64,000 nt of DNA from an uncultured Bacilli bacterium (GCA_944358265.1 CALVQR010000001.1:5042-69041), one strand, 5' to 3'. Positions 19,235 to 30,625 are shown, counted from the first letter of the stretch. Numbers and translations are program-made. Notes: a model not told the origin generated them from the letters alone.

Positions 19235-19891
19235 TTACCAATTTATTTTATTTAAATTATTTTTTTCTAGAAAATCATTTGTTTTCGAAAAAGGTTTTGA
19301 ACCAAAGAAACCATTATTCGCAGAAAATGGAGATGGATGCGTTGACTCTATAACTAAATGTTTAGGATTTGTTATATATTTTTTCTTTTCTCTAGCATTA
19401 TTTCCCCAAAAAATAAATACTACTGGTGTATCTTTTTCATTTAATTTTTGGATAACTACATCAGTAAATTTATGCCATCCTATGTTTTTATGAGAATTTG
19501 GTTTATCTTTTTCCACAGTTAAACCTGTGTTTAAAAGCATTACACCTTGTTTTTGCCAATTTGTTAAATCTCCATTATTATAATCTTTTTCTATACCTAA
19601 ATCATCATATAACTCTTTATAAATATTCTTAAGTGATGGTGGTAATTTTTTAGCGCGAGTAGAAAAAGCATAACCGTGTGCTTCTCCTTCACCATGATAT
19701 GGATCTTGTCCTAAAATTACTACTTTAACATCTTTATATGGAAGTTTAAAAGCATTAAAAATATCTTTTTTAGGAGGATAAATTTCCTTAATTTTATAAA
19801 GTTCTCTAAGTTCATATAGTATTCTTAAAAAATACTCTTTATGAATTTCTTCATCTAATACTATATCCCAATCATTATTGAATAATAACAT
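19235..19891 (-). CDS. ung: Uracil-DNA glycosylase
   Basis: GQDPYHGEGEAHGYAFS water-activating loop and the C-terminal HPSPFSA motif. Confidence 0.85.
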   Translation of the reverse strand: MLLFNNDWDIVLDEEIHKEYFLRILYELRELYKIKEIYPPKKDIFNAFKLPYKDVKVVILGQDPYHGEGEAHGYAFSTRAKKLPPSLKNIYKELYDDLGIEKDYNNGDLTNWQKQGVMLLNTGLTVEKDKPNSHKNIGWHKFTDVVIQKLNEKDTPVVFIFWGNNAREKKKYITNPKHLVIESTHPSPFSANNGFFGSKPFSKTNDFLEKNNLNKINW

Positions 19892-20005
19892 TTATATCAC
19901 CTATTTAATTATACCATATTACTTATTCAATTTTAAATATTCTATTAATTTATTACAAAATAGCAGTCTAGAGAAATAAAAAGAAATTAGTATAAACTAA
20001 TTTCT

Positions 20006-20458
20006 TTACTTATGATATGATTCATTATTATTTATTTTATATGCCCTATATATTTGTTCTAGAAGCATAACTCTAAACATTTGATGAGTAAAAGTCATTT
20101 TAGAAAATGATAACTTATAATTACTTAACTCTTTTATGTCATTATGTAGCCCATATGACCCTCCAATTATAAAACATATATCACTATTATGAATAAAAAT
20201 ATTATTTAGTTTATTTGCAAACTGAGTACTAGATATAATATTTCCTTCTATTTCCATAGTTATTATATAATCTTTTTCAGAAATATGTTTTAAAATATTA
20301 TCTCTTTCTTTTTCTAAAATCTTAATAATATCATAATTCTCATCTGGAACTTCTATTATATTAATTTTAGTATATTTACTAAGTCTTTTTAAATATTCTT
20401 TAATTGCTTCATTCAAATATTTTTCTTTTATTTTTCCCACACATATTATTTTTATCAT
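20006..20458 (-). CDS. rlmH: 23S rRNA (pseudouridine1915-N3)-methyltransferase RlmH
   Basis: 150-aa SPOUT protein MIKIICVGKIKEKYL...FIIGGSYGL. Synteny with yycJ matches B. subtilis. Confidence 0.8.
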   Translation of the reverse strand: MIKIICVGKIKEKYLNEAIKEYLKRLSKYTKINIIEVPDENYDIIKILEKERDNILKHISEKDYIITMEIEGNIISSTQFANKLNNIFIHNSDICFIIGGSYGLHNDIKELSNYKLSFSKMTFTHQMFRVMLLEQIYRAYKINNNESYHK

Positions 20459-21222
20459 ACTTCAATTAACTCCGTTGCTTCATTTTGTCTTGCAACAGAA
20501 ACATTATTAAAATTTATGTTATTTTTTCTAGTAATTTCATTAAATGTTTCTATTACCTTTTCTTCAGTATTATTATGTTCACTTATATGAGCAAAAATAA
20601 TTCTTTTAGTATTATTTCCAATAAATTTACATAAATAATCACTTGCCTGTTTATTAGATAAGTGTCCTTTATCACTTATTACTCTTTGTTGTAAGTAATA
20701 AGGATAAGGTCCTTCTCTAAGCATTTTTACATCATGATTACTTTCAAGTATATATAAATTATTATTTGATAAAATATCATAATATCTACTATTTATATAA
20801 CCTGTATCAGTTATATATACCATTGATGAAGATTCATTCTTAATTATAAAACCTATTGAATCTTCTGCATCATGAGAAGTTTTTATAATATTAACTTCTA
20901 AATCCTCAATTTTTGTTTTTTTATCATAATATAATTCATATCTAAATGTTCCTACTTCTTTTATTAAAACATTTAACAGTTTCTCAGTAACATGTATAAT
21001 TGGGTTATATTTTTTTATAAAGACTTTTAAACCTTTAATATGATCCGCGTGGTTATGTGTTATTAATATATGAGTTATTTCATTAGGATTTATATCTAAT
21101 CCGTTTAGTGTTTTTTCAACATATGCACAAGTGGTTCCAATATCGATTAATAATTTTACTTTATCTGTGACAATTAGGCATGAATTTCCTTTACTGCCAC
21201 TTGATAATACGCACGTTTTCAT
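20455..21222 (-). CDS. MBL-fold metallo-hydrolase (YycJ/WalJ-like)
   Basis: HNHADHIKGL metal-binding motif. Adjacent to rlmH as in the walRK-yycHIJ neighbourhood. Confidence 0.75.
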   Translation of the reverse strand: MKTCVLSSGSKGNSCLIVTDKVKLLIDIGTTCAYVEKTLNGLDINPNEITHILITHNHADHIKGLKVFIKKYNPIIHVTEKLLNVLIKEVGTFRYELYYDKKTKIEDLEVNIIKTSHDAEDSIGFIIKNESSSMVYITDTGYINSRYYDILSNNNLYILESNHDVKMLREGPYPYYLQQRVISDKGHLSNKQASDYLCKFIGNNTKRIIFAHISEHNNTEEKVIETFNEITRKNNINFNNVSVARQNEATELIEV

Positions 21223-22718
21223 CGATATAGTGTTAATGGATTTATTGAACCTGAATTTGTATTAACTTGGAAGTGTAAATGTGTACCTGTTGAACTACCA
21301 CTATTTCCCATATAACCCACAATTTGACCTTTTGAAACTCTTTGGCCCACTGAAACTCTAATATTACTTCCCATTATATGTGAATATATTACCTCAAATC
21401 CTGAATATTGTATTCTTATGGCATTACCATATCCACCACCACAAGAACTTCCATAATATCCTCTATCAGCACAACCATTAGTAACAGATGTTACTACTCC
21501 ATTACCAATAGAATATATTGGTGACCCAAATCCACATCCAGATATATCTATACCTGCATGTAATCTACCCCACCTATATCCATAATAACTAGTTATTATG
21601 TACGGAGAAATTGTAGGCCATCCCCAATCTCCCGAAACTGTAGCAGGTGTCCCTCCTCCTGAATAACCAGATTCATACTGTTTAGTTCCTTTTAAAACTA
21701 CTTTATTTATAGGTTCTACTAAAACATCATAATTTGTAATATATGCCGGTTGTGCCTCTCCATTTACATATTTAATTTTAGATGTAACTCTTTGAGTCCC
21801 ATTTACGCCCTCAGTTTGAACTTTACTAGTACCAACATATAAACTTGAATCTTCCTTTTCAATAACTTGATAAGGTTTATCCATATCTTCAACTATATGT
21901 TTATCTACTACAATACTTAAAATAGGATCAATAAGTGCAACACTAACTTTTTGTCCAACACTTAATAAATTATTACTACTAGTAAACTCCGGATTAACTA
22001 TTAAAAATTCTTCTACACCAAGTTTATTATTAAACGCAACTGTTTCTATTGTATCCCCAGGTTGTACTGTATATTCTTGTTCTTTATCAAGAGAACCAAA
22101 TAACAAATATTGCGCCAATGTAGTTAAATCTGTAAAAATTACTTCATCAGTAGAAATAAATGTCTCTGTTATTGTTATTTTTTCGTCTATAGAAATATTT
22201 TCTATAATAGATCCTGTTGTTTCTATCTCCTTTTGTGTATCATTCTCATAATTATTTACGTCTTCATCACTGACAAATACCCTAAGTACTCTATTTACAG
22301 CTTCATCAAACAAATCTTTATCTAAAACATTAATCTTTGTTTCATTATTATCAGAATCTTTTATACTAACTACATATCCTTTTATAGTAAAACTTTTATT
22401 TTCTTTTATCTTTTCATAAATTTCTTTTTCTGATGAAATTTCAGAACTATGAGTAACACATTTTTCTATATCAATTCCATTAGGAACATATACTTTATCA
22501 ACACCAAATTCTTCTTTTAATTCTTTTTGATCATCATCAATATATTTTTCCAATGATTTTTTAGAATTGACAGTACCAAGTAATTCACCATCTAAATAAA
22601 CATTATAAACTTCTTTTACTTTATCTTCTTCTAAGTTAGTAATACCAATAACAAAAATTATAACAAAAGATATTGTTAAAGAAATTATAATTGGAATATT
22701 CTTTTTAAAATTACTCAC
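21219..22718 (-). CDS. M23 family peptidoglycan metalloendopeptidase with LysM domain
   Basis: N-terminal TM, LysM (TVQPGDTIETVAFNNKLGVEEFLIVNP) and an M23 HxxxD/HxH core (LHAGIDISG...GTHLHFQV). Confidence 0.75.
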   Translation of the reverse strand: MSNFKKNIPIIISLTISFVIIFVIGITNLEEDKVKEVYNVYLDGELLGTVNSKKSLEKYIDDDQKELKEEFGVDKVYVPNGIDIEKCVTHSSEISSEKEIYEKIKENKSFTIKGYVVSIKDSDNNETKINVLDKDLFDEAVNRVLRVFVSDEDVNNYENDTQKEIETTGSIIENISIDEKITITETFISTDEVIFTDLTTLAQYLLFGSLDKEQEYTVQPGDTIETVAFNNKLGVEEFLIVNPEFTSSNNLLSVGQKVSVALIDPILSIVVDKHIVEDMDKPYQVIEKEDSSLYVGTSKVQTEGVNGTQRVTSKIKYVNGEAQPAYITNYDVLVEPINKVVLKGTKQYESGYSGGGTPATVSGDWGWPTISPYIITSYYGYRWGRLHAGIDISGCGFGSPIYSIGNGVVTSVTNGCADRGYYGSSCGGGYGNAIRIQYSGFEVIYSHIMGSNIRVSVGQRVSKGQIVGYMGNSGSSTGTHLHFQVNTNSGSINPLTLYR

Positions 22719-22728
22719 TTTTTACCTC

Positions 22729-24069
22729 CTATACTTCTTCTTTACTATAATTCGCAAAAGTACTAGTATTCTTCTTAAACAATAATTCTATTGTAGCAGT
22801 CGGTCCATTACGATGTTTAGCCACAATAAATTCACTAATACTTATATTGCCATCCATTCTTGCTTCTTTATTATAATAATCATCTCTATAAAGGAATGCC
22901 ACTATATCTGCATCTTGTTCTATAGAACCAGATTCTCTTAAATCACTCATAAGAGGTCTTTTATCATCTCGTCCTTCAACAGCACGCGAAAGTTGTGCAA
23001 GAGCAACTACAGGAACACCAAGTTCTAAAGCCATTGTCTTTAATCCTCTTGATATTTCAGATACTTCCTGTTGTCTATTTCCAGCATATTTGTTACTTCC
23101 TGAAATAAGTTGAAGATAATCTATTAAAACAATGCCAAGTCCTTCCTTTGATGCTGCAAGTCGTCTACATTTACTTCTTATATCGCCTATACTAATACCA
23201 GGAGTATCATCAATATAAATATTAGTATCTGCTAGTTGACTTATTCCTTCACTAAGTTTTGCCCAATCATTATTATCAAGTTTCCCTGATCTTAGTTTAT
23301 TACCTTCTACTTGAGCAGTTGATGAAAACATACGCGTTACTAATTGTTCTGCATTCATTTCTAAGTTAAATATTGCAACTGCTTTACTTATAGTTTTTGC
23401 TATATTTGTTGCAACATTAAGAGCAAAAGCTGTTTTACCCATTGCAGGTCTTGCTGCTATTATTATAAGTTCATTTTCGTGTAGTCCACTTGTTAATTTG
23501 TCTATTTCATAAAAACCAGTTGCAAGCCCAGTAATTTCACCTTTTTGATTACATAATTTTTCCAAATTTTCTTGTGCTTTAAATACTACATCTTGTATTT
23601 TATGAAATTCAGAAGATTTTCTTGTCTTAACTACATTTAATATTTTCATCTCTGCACTATCTAATATTTCATTAGCATTACCATCTTCTAAATAGGCATC
23701 CTCTGCAATATCATTAGAAACACTAATTAATCTTCTAAGTATTGCTTTTTCATGAACTATATTTATATAGTAATCTATATTTGATGCACTTGGAACCGAA
23801 TTAATAACTTCAAGTAAATATTCTATATTTCCTATACTAGATAATGTTTTATTTTTTTCTAATTTATCAGTTACAATAGTAATATCTATTGGTTTTCCTT
23901 CCTCATTTAGTTCTGATAAAGCATCATATATTTTTGAATGTGATTCTAAATAAAAATCATCACGATTTAATTCATCACATATTTTTTGAAGTGCATACTT
24001 TGATAAAAAAGCTGATCCAAGCACTGATTGTTCTGCTTCTAAACTAAATGGCATATTTCTTTTATCCAT
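22729..24069 (-). CDS. dnaB: Replicative DNA helicase
   Basis: DnaB N-terminal domain plus RecA-like core with Walker A AARPAMGKT. Confidence 0.9.
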   Translation of the reverse strand: MDKRNMPFSLEAEQSVLGSAFLSKYALQKICDELNRDDFYLESHSKIYDALSELNEEGKPIDITIVTDKLEKNKTLSSIGNIEYLLEVINSVPSASNIDYYINIVHEKAILRRLISVSNDIAEDAYLEDGNANEILDSAEMKILNVVKTRKSSEFHKIQDVVFKAQENLEKLCNQKGEITGLATGFYEIDKLTSGLHENELIIIAARPAMGKTAFALNVATNIAKTISKAVAIFNLEMNAEQLVTRMFSSTAQVEGNKLRSGKLDNNDWAKLSEGISQLADTNIYIDDTPGISIGDIRSKCRRLAASKEGLGIVLIDYLQLISGSNKYAGNRQQEVSEISRGLKTMALELGVPVVALAQLSRAVEGRDDKRPLMSDLRESGSIEQDADIVAFLYRDDYYNKEARMDGNISISEFIVAKHRNGPTATIELLFKKNTSTFANYSKEEV

Positions 24070-24072
24070 ATG

Positions 24073-24516
24073 TTACTCCTTAATTAATTTTATTTTTAAC
24101 TTGCACAATACTTTTTGATGTAATGCAATTGTAGCAATTGTAGTACCAAGAGTATTAATTGGACTATCAATTAATATTTTTTTCTTATCTATTTTATATC
24201 CTTTTTTATTTAATTCTTCTGATATTTGTTTGCTTGAAATAGTTCCAAACACTTTATCTTCTCTACCTGTTTTAACTTTAAATACTATCTCAATATTTTC
24301 TAATTCTTTTTTTATTTTTTCACATTTTTTAATTAATTCTTCTTCATTTTTTTCTCTAGTTTGTATTTGTTTATTTAATATTTCTCCACTTCTATTTGTA
24401 TATTTAATTGCATATCCATTTTTAATCAAAAAATTTTCTGCATAACCATCTTTAACATCTTTTATTTCGTCTTTTTTTCCTTGTCCCTTTACATCTTTTA
24501 AAAATATAACTTTCAT
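24073..24516 (-). CDS. rplI: 50S ribosomal protein L9
   Basis: [30 protein letters not shown]. Confidence 0.9.
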   Translation of the reverse strand: MKVIFLKDVKGQGKKDEIKDVKDGYAENFLIKNGYAIKYTNRSGEILNKQIQTREKNEEELIKKCEKIKKELENIEIVFKVKTGREDKVFGTISSKQISEELNKKGYKIDKKKILIDSPINTLGTTIATIALHQKVLCKLKIKLIKE

Positions 24517-24598
24517 TAATAGGCACCTTCTTTCGATTTAATTATGCATATATATTATACAACATTTTTTAGTAAAAGAAAATAGAACTAATAAAGTT

Positions 24599-24814
24599 CT
24601 ATTTAGTAAATGGTAAAATTGCCATCATACGCGCTCTTTTAATTTGAGTTGCAACTATTCTTTGATGTTTAGCGCATGTACCAGTAACTCTTCTTGGTAA
24701 TATTTTACCTTTGTCATTTATATATTTACGTAAATCTTCAGCGTTTTTATAATCTAATTCTTTACCTGCGCATAATTGACATACTTTTTTTCTTTTTTTT
24801 CTAAATTCTGCCAA
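24599..24814 (-). CDS. rpsR: 30S ribosomal protein S18
   Basis: [24 protein letters not shown]...[12 protein letters not shown]. Confidence 0.9.
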   Translation of the reverse strand: MAEFRKKRKKVCQLCAGKELDYKNAEDLRKYINDKGKILPRRVTGTCAKHQRIVATQIKRARMMAILPFTK

Positions 24815-24835
24815 GGTTATTCCTCCTATTCTATA

Positions 24836-25297
24836 TTAAAATGCTATATCGTCATCACTAATTTCGATTGAATCTCCAAAATCAGCAAATACTTCTTCAC
24901 TTACATCAGTTGTTTGATTGCTATTATTATCGAAAGCAAAATCTGATGGTGTTACATTTTCTTGCATTCTATTTTGTGATTGTGCTTTTGATTCTAAAAA
25001 TTGAACATTATCCGCTACTACATCAGTAGTATAAATTCTTTGCCCATCTTTTTCGTAACTACCTGTTTGAATTCTACCTTCAACTGCAACTAAACTACCC
25101 TTAGAAACATATTTTTTAACATTTTCTGCTTGTTTTCTCCAAACAACAATATTTATAAAATCTGTTTCCCTTTCACCATTTTGATTTTCAAATGGTCTAT
25201 TAACTGCTAATGTAAATCTTACACTAGGTATGTTTGAACTTGTATATCTAAGTTCAGGATCTCTCGTTATTCTTCCAATTAACAGTACTTTATTCAT
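24836..25297 (-). CDS. ssb: Single-stranded DNA-binding protein (chromosomal copy)
   Basis: OB-fold [14 protein letters not shown] with acidic tail ending DDDIAF. Sits between rpsF and rpsR. Confidence 0.9.
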   Translation of the reverse strand: MNKVLLIGRITRDPELRYTSSNIPSVRFTLAVNRPFENQNGERETDFINIVVWRKQAENVKKYVSKGSLVAVEGRIQTGSYEKDGQRIYTTDVVADNVQFLESKAQSQNRMQENVTPSDFAFDNNSNQTTDVSEEVFADFGDSIEISDDDIAF

Positions 25298-25313
25298 AAT
25301 GCACCTACTTTTC

Positions 25314-25598
25314 TTATTTATCTAATTTTATAATTAAGTGACGAATTACTTCTTCACTAATTAATGCCACTCTATCAAATTCATTAATTGCATCTACATT
25401 TGATTCAACATTAATTAAGAAATAATATCCACTTTTATGATTTTTTATTTCGTATGCTAATTCTTTTTGACCAAGATCTTTAGAGCTTAATATTTTTGCT
25501 CCATTATCAGTTAAAACTGTTTCGAATTTTTTGTAAACATCTTTTAATTTGTTTTCTTCTAGATCTGGTCTAACTATGAATAAAATTTCATATTTCAT
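25314..25598 (-). CDS. rpsF: 30S ribosomal protein S6
   Basis: [15 protein letters not shown]... Confidence 0.9.
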   Translation of the reverse strand: MKYEILFIVRPDLEENKLKDVYKKFETVLTDNGAKILSSKDLGQKELAYEIKNHKSGYYFLINVESNVDAINEFDRVALISEEVIRHLIIKLDK

Positions 25599-25751
25599 AA
25601 GTTTACACCTCCCTTTGGACTAATGGCCTACTAAATAGGCAGAGAGTAAATTAATACTCGCAAATGTATTATAACAAATACCTATTATTTTGTAAATAAA
25701 AATATACTTTATTTTTATTGATTTTTATTATAGTTAGTGTTATACTTTTAA

Positions 25752-26039
25752 ATGTCGAAAGGTTATGTTAATATGAAAAAGAAAGCAGTAAAATATACAA
25801 TTTTTTTATTAATTTTACCTTTAATAATTAGTATAATTATATCTATTAGTACTGATGGTCAGGGTTTTGATGCATCATCACAAAATCATTATAATAGTAT
25901 GGATGTTGAAAATTTTGATGATGACTCTTTTGAACATCAAATAAAAAATAGCAGTACATTCGCATATTTAAGCATATTTTCTTTATTAATAATTTCTTGT
26001 GGTGTTTGGTTATACATTAAGAAAAAAGAAGATTTTTAA
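25752..26039 (+). CDS. Small membrane protein (95 aa)
   Basis: N- and C-terminal TM helices. Diverges from rpsF. Confidence 0.4.
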   Translation: MSKGYVNMKKKAVKYTIFLLILPLIISIIISISTDGQGFDASSQNHYNSMDVENFDDDSFEHQIKNSSTFAYLSIFSLLIISCGVWLYIKKKEDF

Positions 26040-26051
26040 AAATCTCTTTTT

Positions 26052-27158
26052 TTATACATTAAATCTAAATAGACAAATATCTCCATCTTGCATTTCATAT
26101 TCTTTTCCTTCAAGTCTTACTTTACCATTTTCTTTTGCACCTTTTTCACCATTATACTTTACATAATCATCATAAGATATTACTTCCGCTTTTATGAATC
26201 CTTTTTCAAAATCACTGTGAATAATACCAGCACATTCAGGAGCTTTCATTCCTTTTTTAAATGTCCATGCTTTTACTTCTTTGGGTCCAGCAGTGAAGTA
26301 TGTAGCAAGACCTAACATAGAATATGTAGCATTTATTAATTTATTTAAACCACTATCATCAATTCCTAATTCTTGTAAAAACAATATTTTATCTTCTTCA
26401 TTTAACTCACTAAGCTCACTTTCCATTTTAGCAGACACAATTATAACTTCTGAATTTTCTTTCTTAGCATAATCTTTTACTTTATCAACATATTTATTTC
26501 CATTATTGATATCATCTTCACTTACATTGGCCACATAAATTAGTGGTTTCTTAGTTAATAAATTAAAAGATTTTAAAACTTTTTCTTCGTCTATAGTATA
26601 TTCTAATCTTCTTGCAGGAATATTGCTTTCTAATGCGTTTTTTATTTTTTTCATTAATTCTACTTCAAATAGTGCATCTTTATCTTTAGTAGATATTGCT
26701 TTTTTCTCTATTCTGCCTATTCTAGAATTTATAACCTCTAAATCTGAAAATATTAATTCTAAATTAATTATTTCAATATCCCTTATTGGATCAGTACTTC
26801 CTTCAACATGTGTTATATTTTCATCATCAAAACATCTTACTACCTCACATATAGCATCAACTTCTCTTATATGAGATAAGAATTTATTACCTAATCCTTC
26901 TCCTTTAGATGCACCTTTTACAAGGCCTGCGATATCAATAAATTCAAATGAAGTTGGTACAACGTTTTCTGGCATTACCATTTCTTCTAATTTAGCAAGT
27001 CTTTTATCAGGAACAACAACTACGCCAACATTAGGGTCTATTGTCGCAAAAGGATAATTTGCAGCCAATATATTCTTTTTTGTTATTGCATTAAATAATG
27101 TTGATTTTCCAACATTAGGAAGTCCCACTATTCCAGCAGTTAAACCCATATTAAACAC
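26052..27158 (-). CDS. ychF: Redox-regulated ribosome-binding ATPase YchF
   Basis: G1 GIVGLPNVGKSTLFNA, a TGS domain and a C-terminal MoaD/ThrRS-like fold. Conserved position upstream of rpsF. Confidence 0.9.
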   Translation of the reverse strand: MFNMGLTAGIVGLPNVGKSTLFNAITKKNILAANYPFATIDPNVGVVVVPDKRLAKLEEMVMPENVVPTSFEFIDIAGLVKGASKGEGLGNKFLSHIREVDAICEVVRCFDDENITHVEGSTDPIRDIEIINLELIFSDLEVINSRIGRIEKKAISTKDKDALFEVELMKKIKNALESNIPARRLEYTIDEEKVLKSFNLLTKKPLIYVANVSEDDINNGNKYVDKVKDYAKKENSEVIIVSAKMESELSELNEEDKILFLQELGIDDSGLNKLINATYSMLGLATYFTAGPKEVKAWTFKKGMKAPECAGIIHSDFEKGFIKAEVISYDDYVKYNGEKGAKENGKVRLEGKEYEMQDGDICLFRFNV

Positions 27159-27225
27159 CTCTCATTACTTTAAATAGTATAACATAATAATTATCTTTTT
27201 AAAAGAAAAAACAACATAAGTTGTT

Positions 27226-28734
27226 TTAAATTGTTGGATATACTGAAGGCCCAATTGGAGCTTTTAATACATACCATCCCAAAATAATAAATAACCATAG
27301 TACTATAACCATAACAAAATATGGCATTATTAATTTATAACACTTCTTAATACTAAAATCATTTCTACTATAAAGTCCAATAAATCCTACAAATACAACA
27401 AAATATGGTAATAACGGCGTAATTAAATTAGTTGTTGAAGCAGCAAGTCTAAATATTGCTCCTGTAAATTCTGGAGTAATATTTGATCTCATAAATAATG
27501 GAATTAATTTAGGTGCAAATAACGTCCATTTTGTTGATAATGATGTGACAAATATATTTGAAATACCAATACCTAAAAAACTTAATAATATAAGTATAAC
27601 AAAAGATGCATTAGAATCTGATATTAAATTAAATATATTTACAACTATAACATTTCCAATATTAGTATATCTAAATAAAGAAACAAATTGTGATGCCACA
27701 AATATTAAAAGTAACATTTCACCAATTCCATTTAAACTTCCTGCTAAACATTTTGAAATATCTTTTTGAGATTTAATCTGCTTCGTAGTAATACCATATA
27801 TTATAGCACATACTATAAATGCAAATGAAACAATAACTAATATCCCATCTACAAATGGGGCATTTGCACTAAATAATTTATTTACATATAAACTTTGGCT
27901 AGAATCTAGTAAAAATCCAGATAAAGGTAATCCTGGTATTATTGAGTAAACAAAAATAACTATCATTATTCCAAGAGCAACAAAGGCTCTTCTTAAACCT
28001 TTTTTGTCTAAATTTTCATTAATCTTAACTTCTTCATTACTAATTCTAACCGGTCTTTTTCTACTAAGTATTTCTGTTAATATCGATATTGATAAAGCAA
28101 GTAATAAACTTGATATAACAATAAAAAATAAATTACCAGTGTACCCATATGTATAATTTGGATCTATTAAACTTACTGAAGATTTTGCAAGTTCTATTAA
28201 ACTATAATCTATGGAAGTTATAAAAATATTTATATTCGCACCTGCCGCAACACTTACAAATGCCATGGTCATTCCAACAACCTGACTTCTTTTATATTCT
28301 GTAAATAATACTGCTGATATTGGAATCATAATTATAAAAGCTAAATCAATACTAAATCCCATTATTATACATAAAAGAGAAAATATAAAAAACATTGTTT
28401 TCCTAGGAATAAATTTAGTACATTTACTAAATATAGATTTAAACAAACCAACCTTTATCATAAGGCCTACGCCTATTAACCCTATAATTAATGTACCTAG
28501 TGGAGCAAATTTAATGAAATTATTTACACACTCTGATATCATAAATTTAATACCATCACCACTTAATAATGATTCTACCGTTAACACCGATGTAGATGAA
28601 GAACCAAGTGATACATCGGTTTGAGTTCCTTGAAAATTAAAAATAGATAAAATTGCACTTAATACTATAGTTATTAATATTAATATTACAAAAAACCAAA
28701 TAGGATGTAATTTTATTTTATTTTCTTTATCCAT
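27226..28734 (-). CDS. Multi-pass membrane transporter (AbgT-like family?)
   Basis: 502 aa with at least 12 predicted TM segments. Family assignment by eye is uncertain. Confidence 0.45.
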   Translation of the reverse strand: MDKENKIKLHPIWFFVILILITIVLSAILSIFNFQGTQTDVSLGSSSTSVLTVESLLSGDGIKFMISECVNNFIKFAPLGTLIIGLIGVGLMIKVGLFKSIFSKCTKFIPRKTMFFIFSLLCIIMGFSIDLAFIIMIPISAVLFTEYKRSQVVGMTMAFVSVAAGANINIFITSIDYSLIELAKSSVSLIDPNYTYGYTGNLFFIVISSLLLALSISILTEILSRKRPVRISNEEVKINENLDKKGLRRAFVALGIMIVIFVYSIIPGLPLSGFLLDSSQSLYVNKLFSANAPFVDGILVIVSFAFIVCAIIYGITTKQIKSQKDISKCLAGSLNGIGEMLLLIFVASQFVSLFRYTNIGNVIVVNIFNLISDSNASFVILILLSFLGIGISNIFVTSLSTKWTLFAPKLIPLFMRSNITPEFTGAIFRLAASTTNLITPLLPYFVVFVGFIGLYSRNDFSIKKCYKLIMPYFVMVIVLWLFIILGWYVLKAPIGPSVYPTI

Positions 28735-28735
28735 A

Positions 28736-28921
28736 TTATTCCTCCACTACTTTTTTTAATTTTTTATTAAATTCTACTCTAGGAATCATTATTATTCTAC
28801 CACAATTAACACATTTAATTTTTATATCAACTCCTATACGGGAAACTATCCATAAATTAGTCCCACAAGGATGACTTTTTTTCATTATCACTTTGCTTCC
28901 TACTTCATAATTATTTTTCAT
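28736..28921 (-). CDS. DUF951-like small protein
   Basis: 61 aa with CxxC pairs (HPCG...CVNCG). Conserved position next to mscS in the Firmicute ori region. Confidence 0.45.
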   Translation of the reverse strand: MKNNYEVGSKVIMKKSHPCGTNLWIVSRIGVDIKIKCVNCGRIIMIPRVEFNKKLKKVVEE

Positions 28922-29717
28922 AATGCACCTCTATTTGAGGATATGGTATTTTTATATTATTTTCATCAAGTGTAAGTTTTATTTTCTCAGTTAATTTTCT
29001 TTTTATTACTGATTCATCTTTTACTGATGATTTAGTAGTTATTAAAAAATCTACTGATGAAGATGATAATGATTCAACACCTTCTATAACAATTTTTTCT
29101 TTTAATTCTTTCATTGAAGCATTTAATTCTAAAAATAATTTTTCTAACGCTTTTTTTACTTTTTCAATATCATCTTCATATGAAACGGATACAATTATTT
29201 TAACAACAACATTCCCCAAACTATAATTAGTAACTTCACTTATAGTTCTATTTGATATTATCCTAACTTCTCCTGTATAAGCTTTTAACCTTGTTGATTT
29301 TAAGCTAAGAGCTATTACTTCTCCCTTAAACCCATTTATTTCTACGATTTCACCTATAGCGAACTGACTTTCTAATATAATTGCAGCACCAACTAATAAA
29401 TCTTTAAGTAAATCCTGAAAAGCAAGACCTATTATTACACTTGCTGCACCAACTCCTGCAACAAGTGCACTTTTATTTATACTAAACACTTTTAAAATAT
29501 TAAGTATTGCAATAAAAATTATTATTGACTTTATTATATTTTTAAATAATAACAAACCTGTTTCTCTACTTCTTTGTTCATGTTTAGTTAAATTAGTTTT
29601 AAATTTTATTCTACTATTTAAAAGAGCATTAATTATAATATCTAATATAATTGCGAAAATTATTATTAAGACAGGTAAATATATTTTCTCAGATATTTCT
29701 ATTCCTAATATATTCAT
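28911..29717 (-). CDS. Mechanosensitive ion channel (MscS family)
   Basis: Three TM helices plus an MscS beta-domain (GEIVEINGFKGEVIALSLKSTRLK). Confidence 0.7.
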   Translation of the reverse strand: MNILGIEISEKIYLPVLIIIFAIILDIIINALLNSRIKFKTNLTKHEQRSRETGLLLFKNIIKSIIIFIAILNILKVFSINKSALVAGVGAASVIIGLAFQDLLKDLLVGAAIILESQFAIGEIVEINGFKGEVIALSLKSTRLKAYTGEVRIISNRTISEVTNYSLGNVVVKIIVSVSYEDDIEKVKKALEKLFLELNASMKELKEKIVIEGVESLSSSSVDFLITTKSSVKDESVIKRKLTEKIKLTLDENNIKIPYPQIEVHYEK

Positions 29718-29731
29718 TAAAACCTCCTATA

Positions 29732-30625
29732 TTATTCATTAATATCCATATTCATTATTTCTAGAATTCTATTTAAATCATGTACTGAAGAAAATTTAAT
29801 TGATATTTTATCATTTGTTATTTTAACACCCGTACCTAGTTTTTCTTTTAAATATGTTTCGATATATTTATATTCATTATTTTGGGTTTTTTTAACATGC
29901 CTTTCTTCTTTTTCAAAGTTTTTAGAAAGCATATTTTCAAGATTTCTAACACTTAAATCCTCATCTATTACTTTTTGAGCTAAATCTTCTTGCCTTTGTG
30001 GATCATCGAGTTTACTAAGTACCCTAGCATGTCCCATTGAAATTTTATTATAAAGTACCATATCTTGAACTGAAGCAGGTAATTTTAAAAGCCCTAAAAT
30101 ATTTGTAACATGACTCCTGCTTTTACCCACTTTTTTGGCAAGTTCATCTTGAGTTATATTCATTGATTCAATTATTTCTTTATATGCCTTTGCTTCTTCT
30201 ATAGCAGTTAGATTTTCTCGTTGTAAGTTCTCAAGAAGTGCAATTTGCATCATTTCATCATCAGAAAAATCTTTAACAATTGCTGGAATAGTTTTAAGTC
30301 CTGCAATTTTAGATGCTCTAAATCTTCTTTCTCCTGCGATTATTTCGTATCCTTTTATACTTTTTTTAACTATTATTGGTTGAAATACCCCATGAACTCT
30401 AATAGATTCTGCAAGTTCATTTAATGCTTCTTCTTCAAATACTTTTCTTGGCTGATATGGATTTGCTCTAAGCTCAGATATTGGTATTTCTTCAATCAAA
30501 TTATTATTTTTAGCATCTTCTACAATATTTTCTTCTAAATCTTGAAAACTACTTAATCCTCCTTCACTAAACAATTGTTCTAAACCCTTTCCTAATGCTT
30601 TTCTTTTTTCATTCATTTCTAGCAA
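29732..30625 (-). CDS. spo0J: Chromosome partitioning protein ParB/Spo0J
   Basis: IPISELRANPYQPRKVF...IIAGERRFRASKIAG...VKDFSDDEMMQIALLENLQRE. Confidence 0.85.
   Translation of the reverse strand: MLEMNEKRKALGKGLEQLFSEGGLSSFQDLEENIVEDAKNNNLIEEIPISELRANPYQPRKVFEEEALNELAESIRVHGVFQPIIVKKSIKGYEIIAGERRFRASKIAGLKTIPAIVKDFSDDEMMQIALLENLQRENLTAIEEAKAYKEIIESMNITQDELAKKVGKSRSHVTNILGLLKLPASVQDMVLYNKISMGHARVLSKLDDPQRQEDLAQKVIDEDLSVRNLENMLSKNFEKEERHVKKTQNNEYKYIETYLKEKLGTGVKITNDKISIKFSSVHDLNRILEIMNMDINE

Noticed and set aside
27545-27769. Plus-strand ORFs inside the transporter and ychF genes (26088..26874, 27545..27769)
   Set aside because: Antisense to supported genes.
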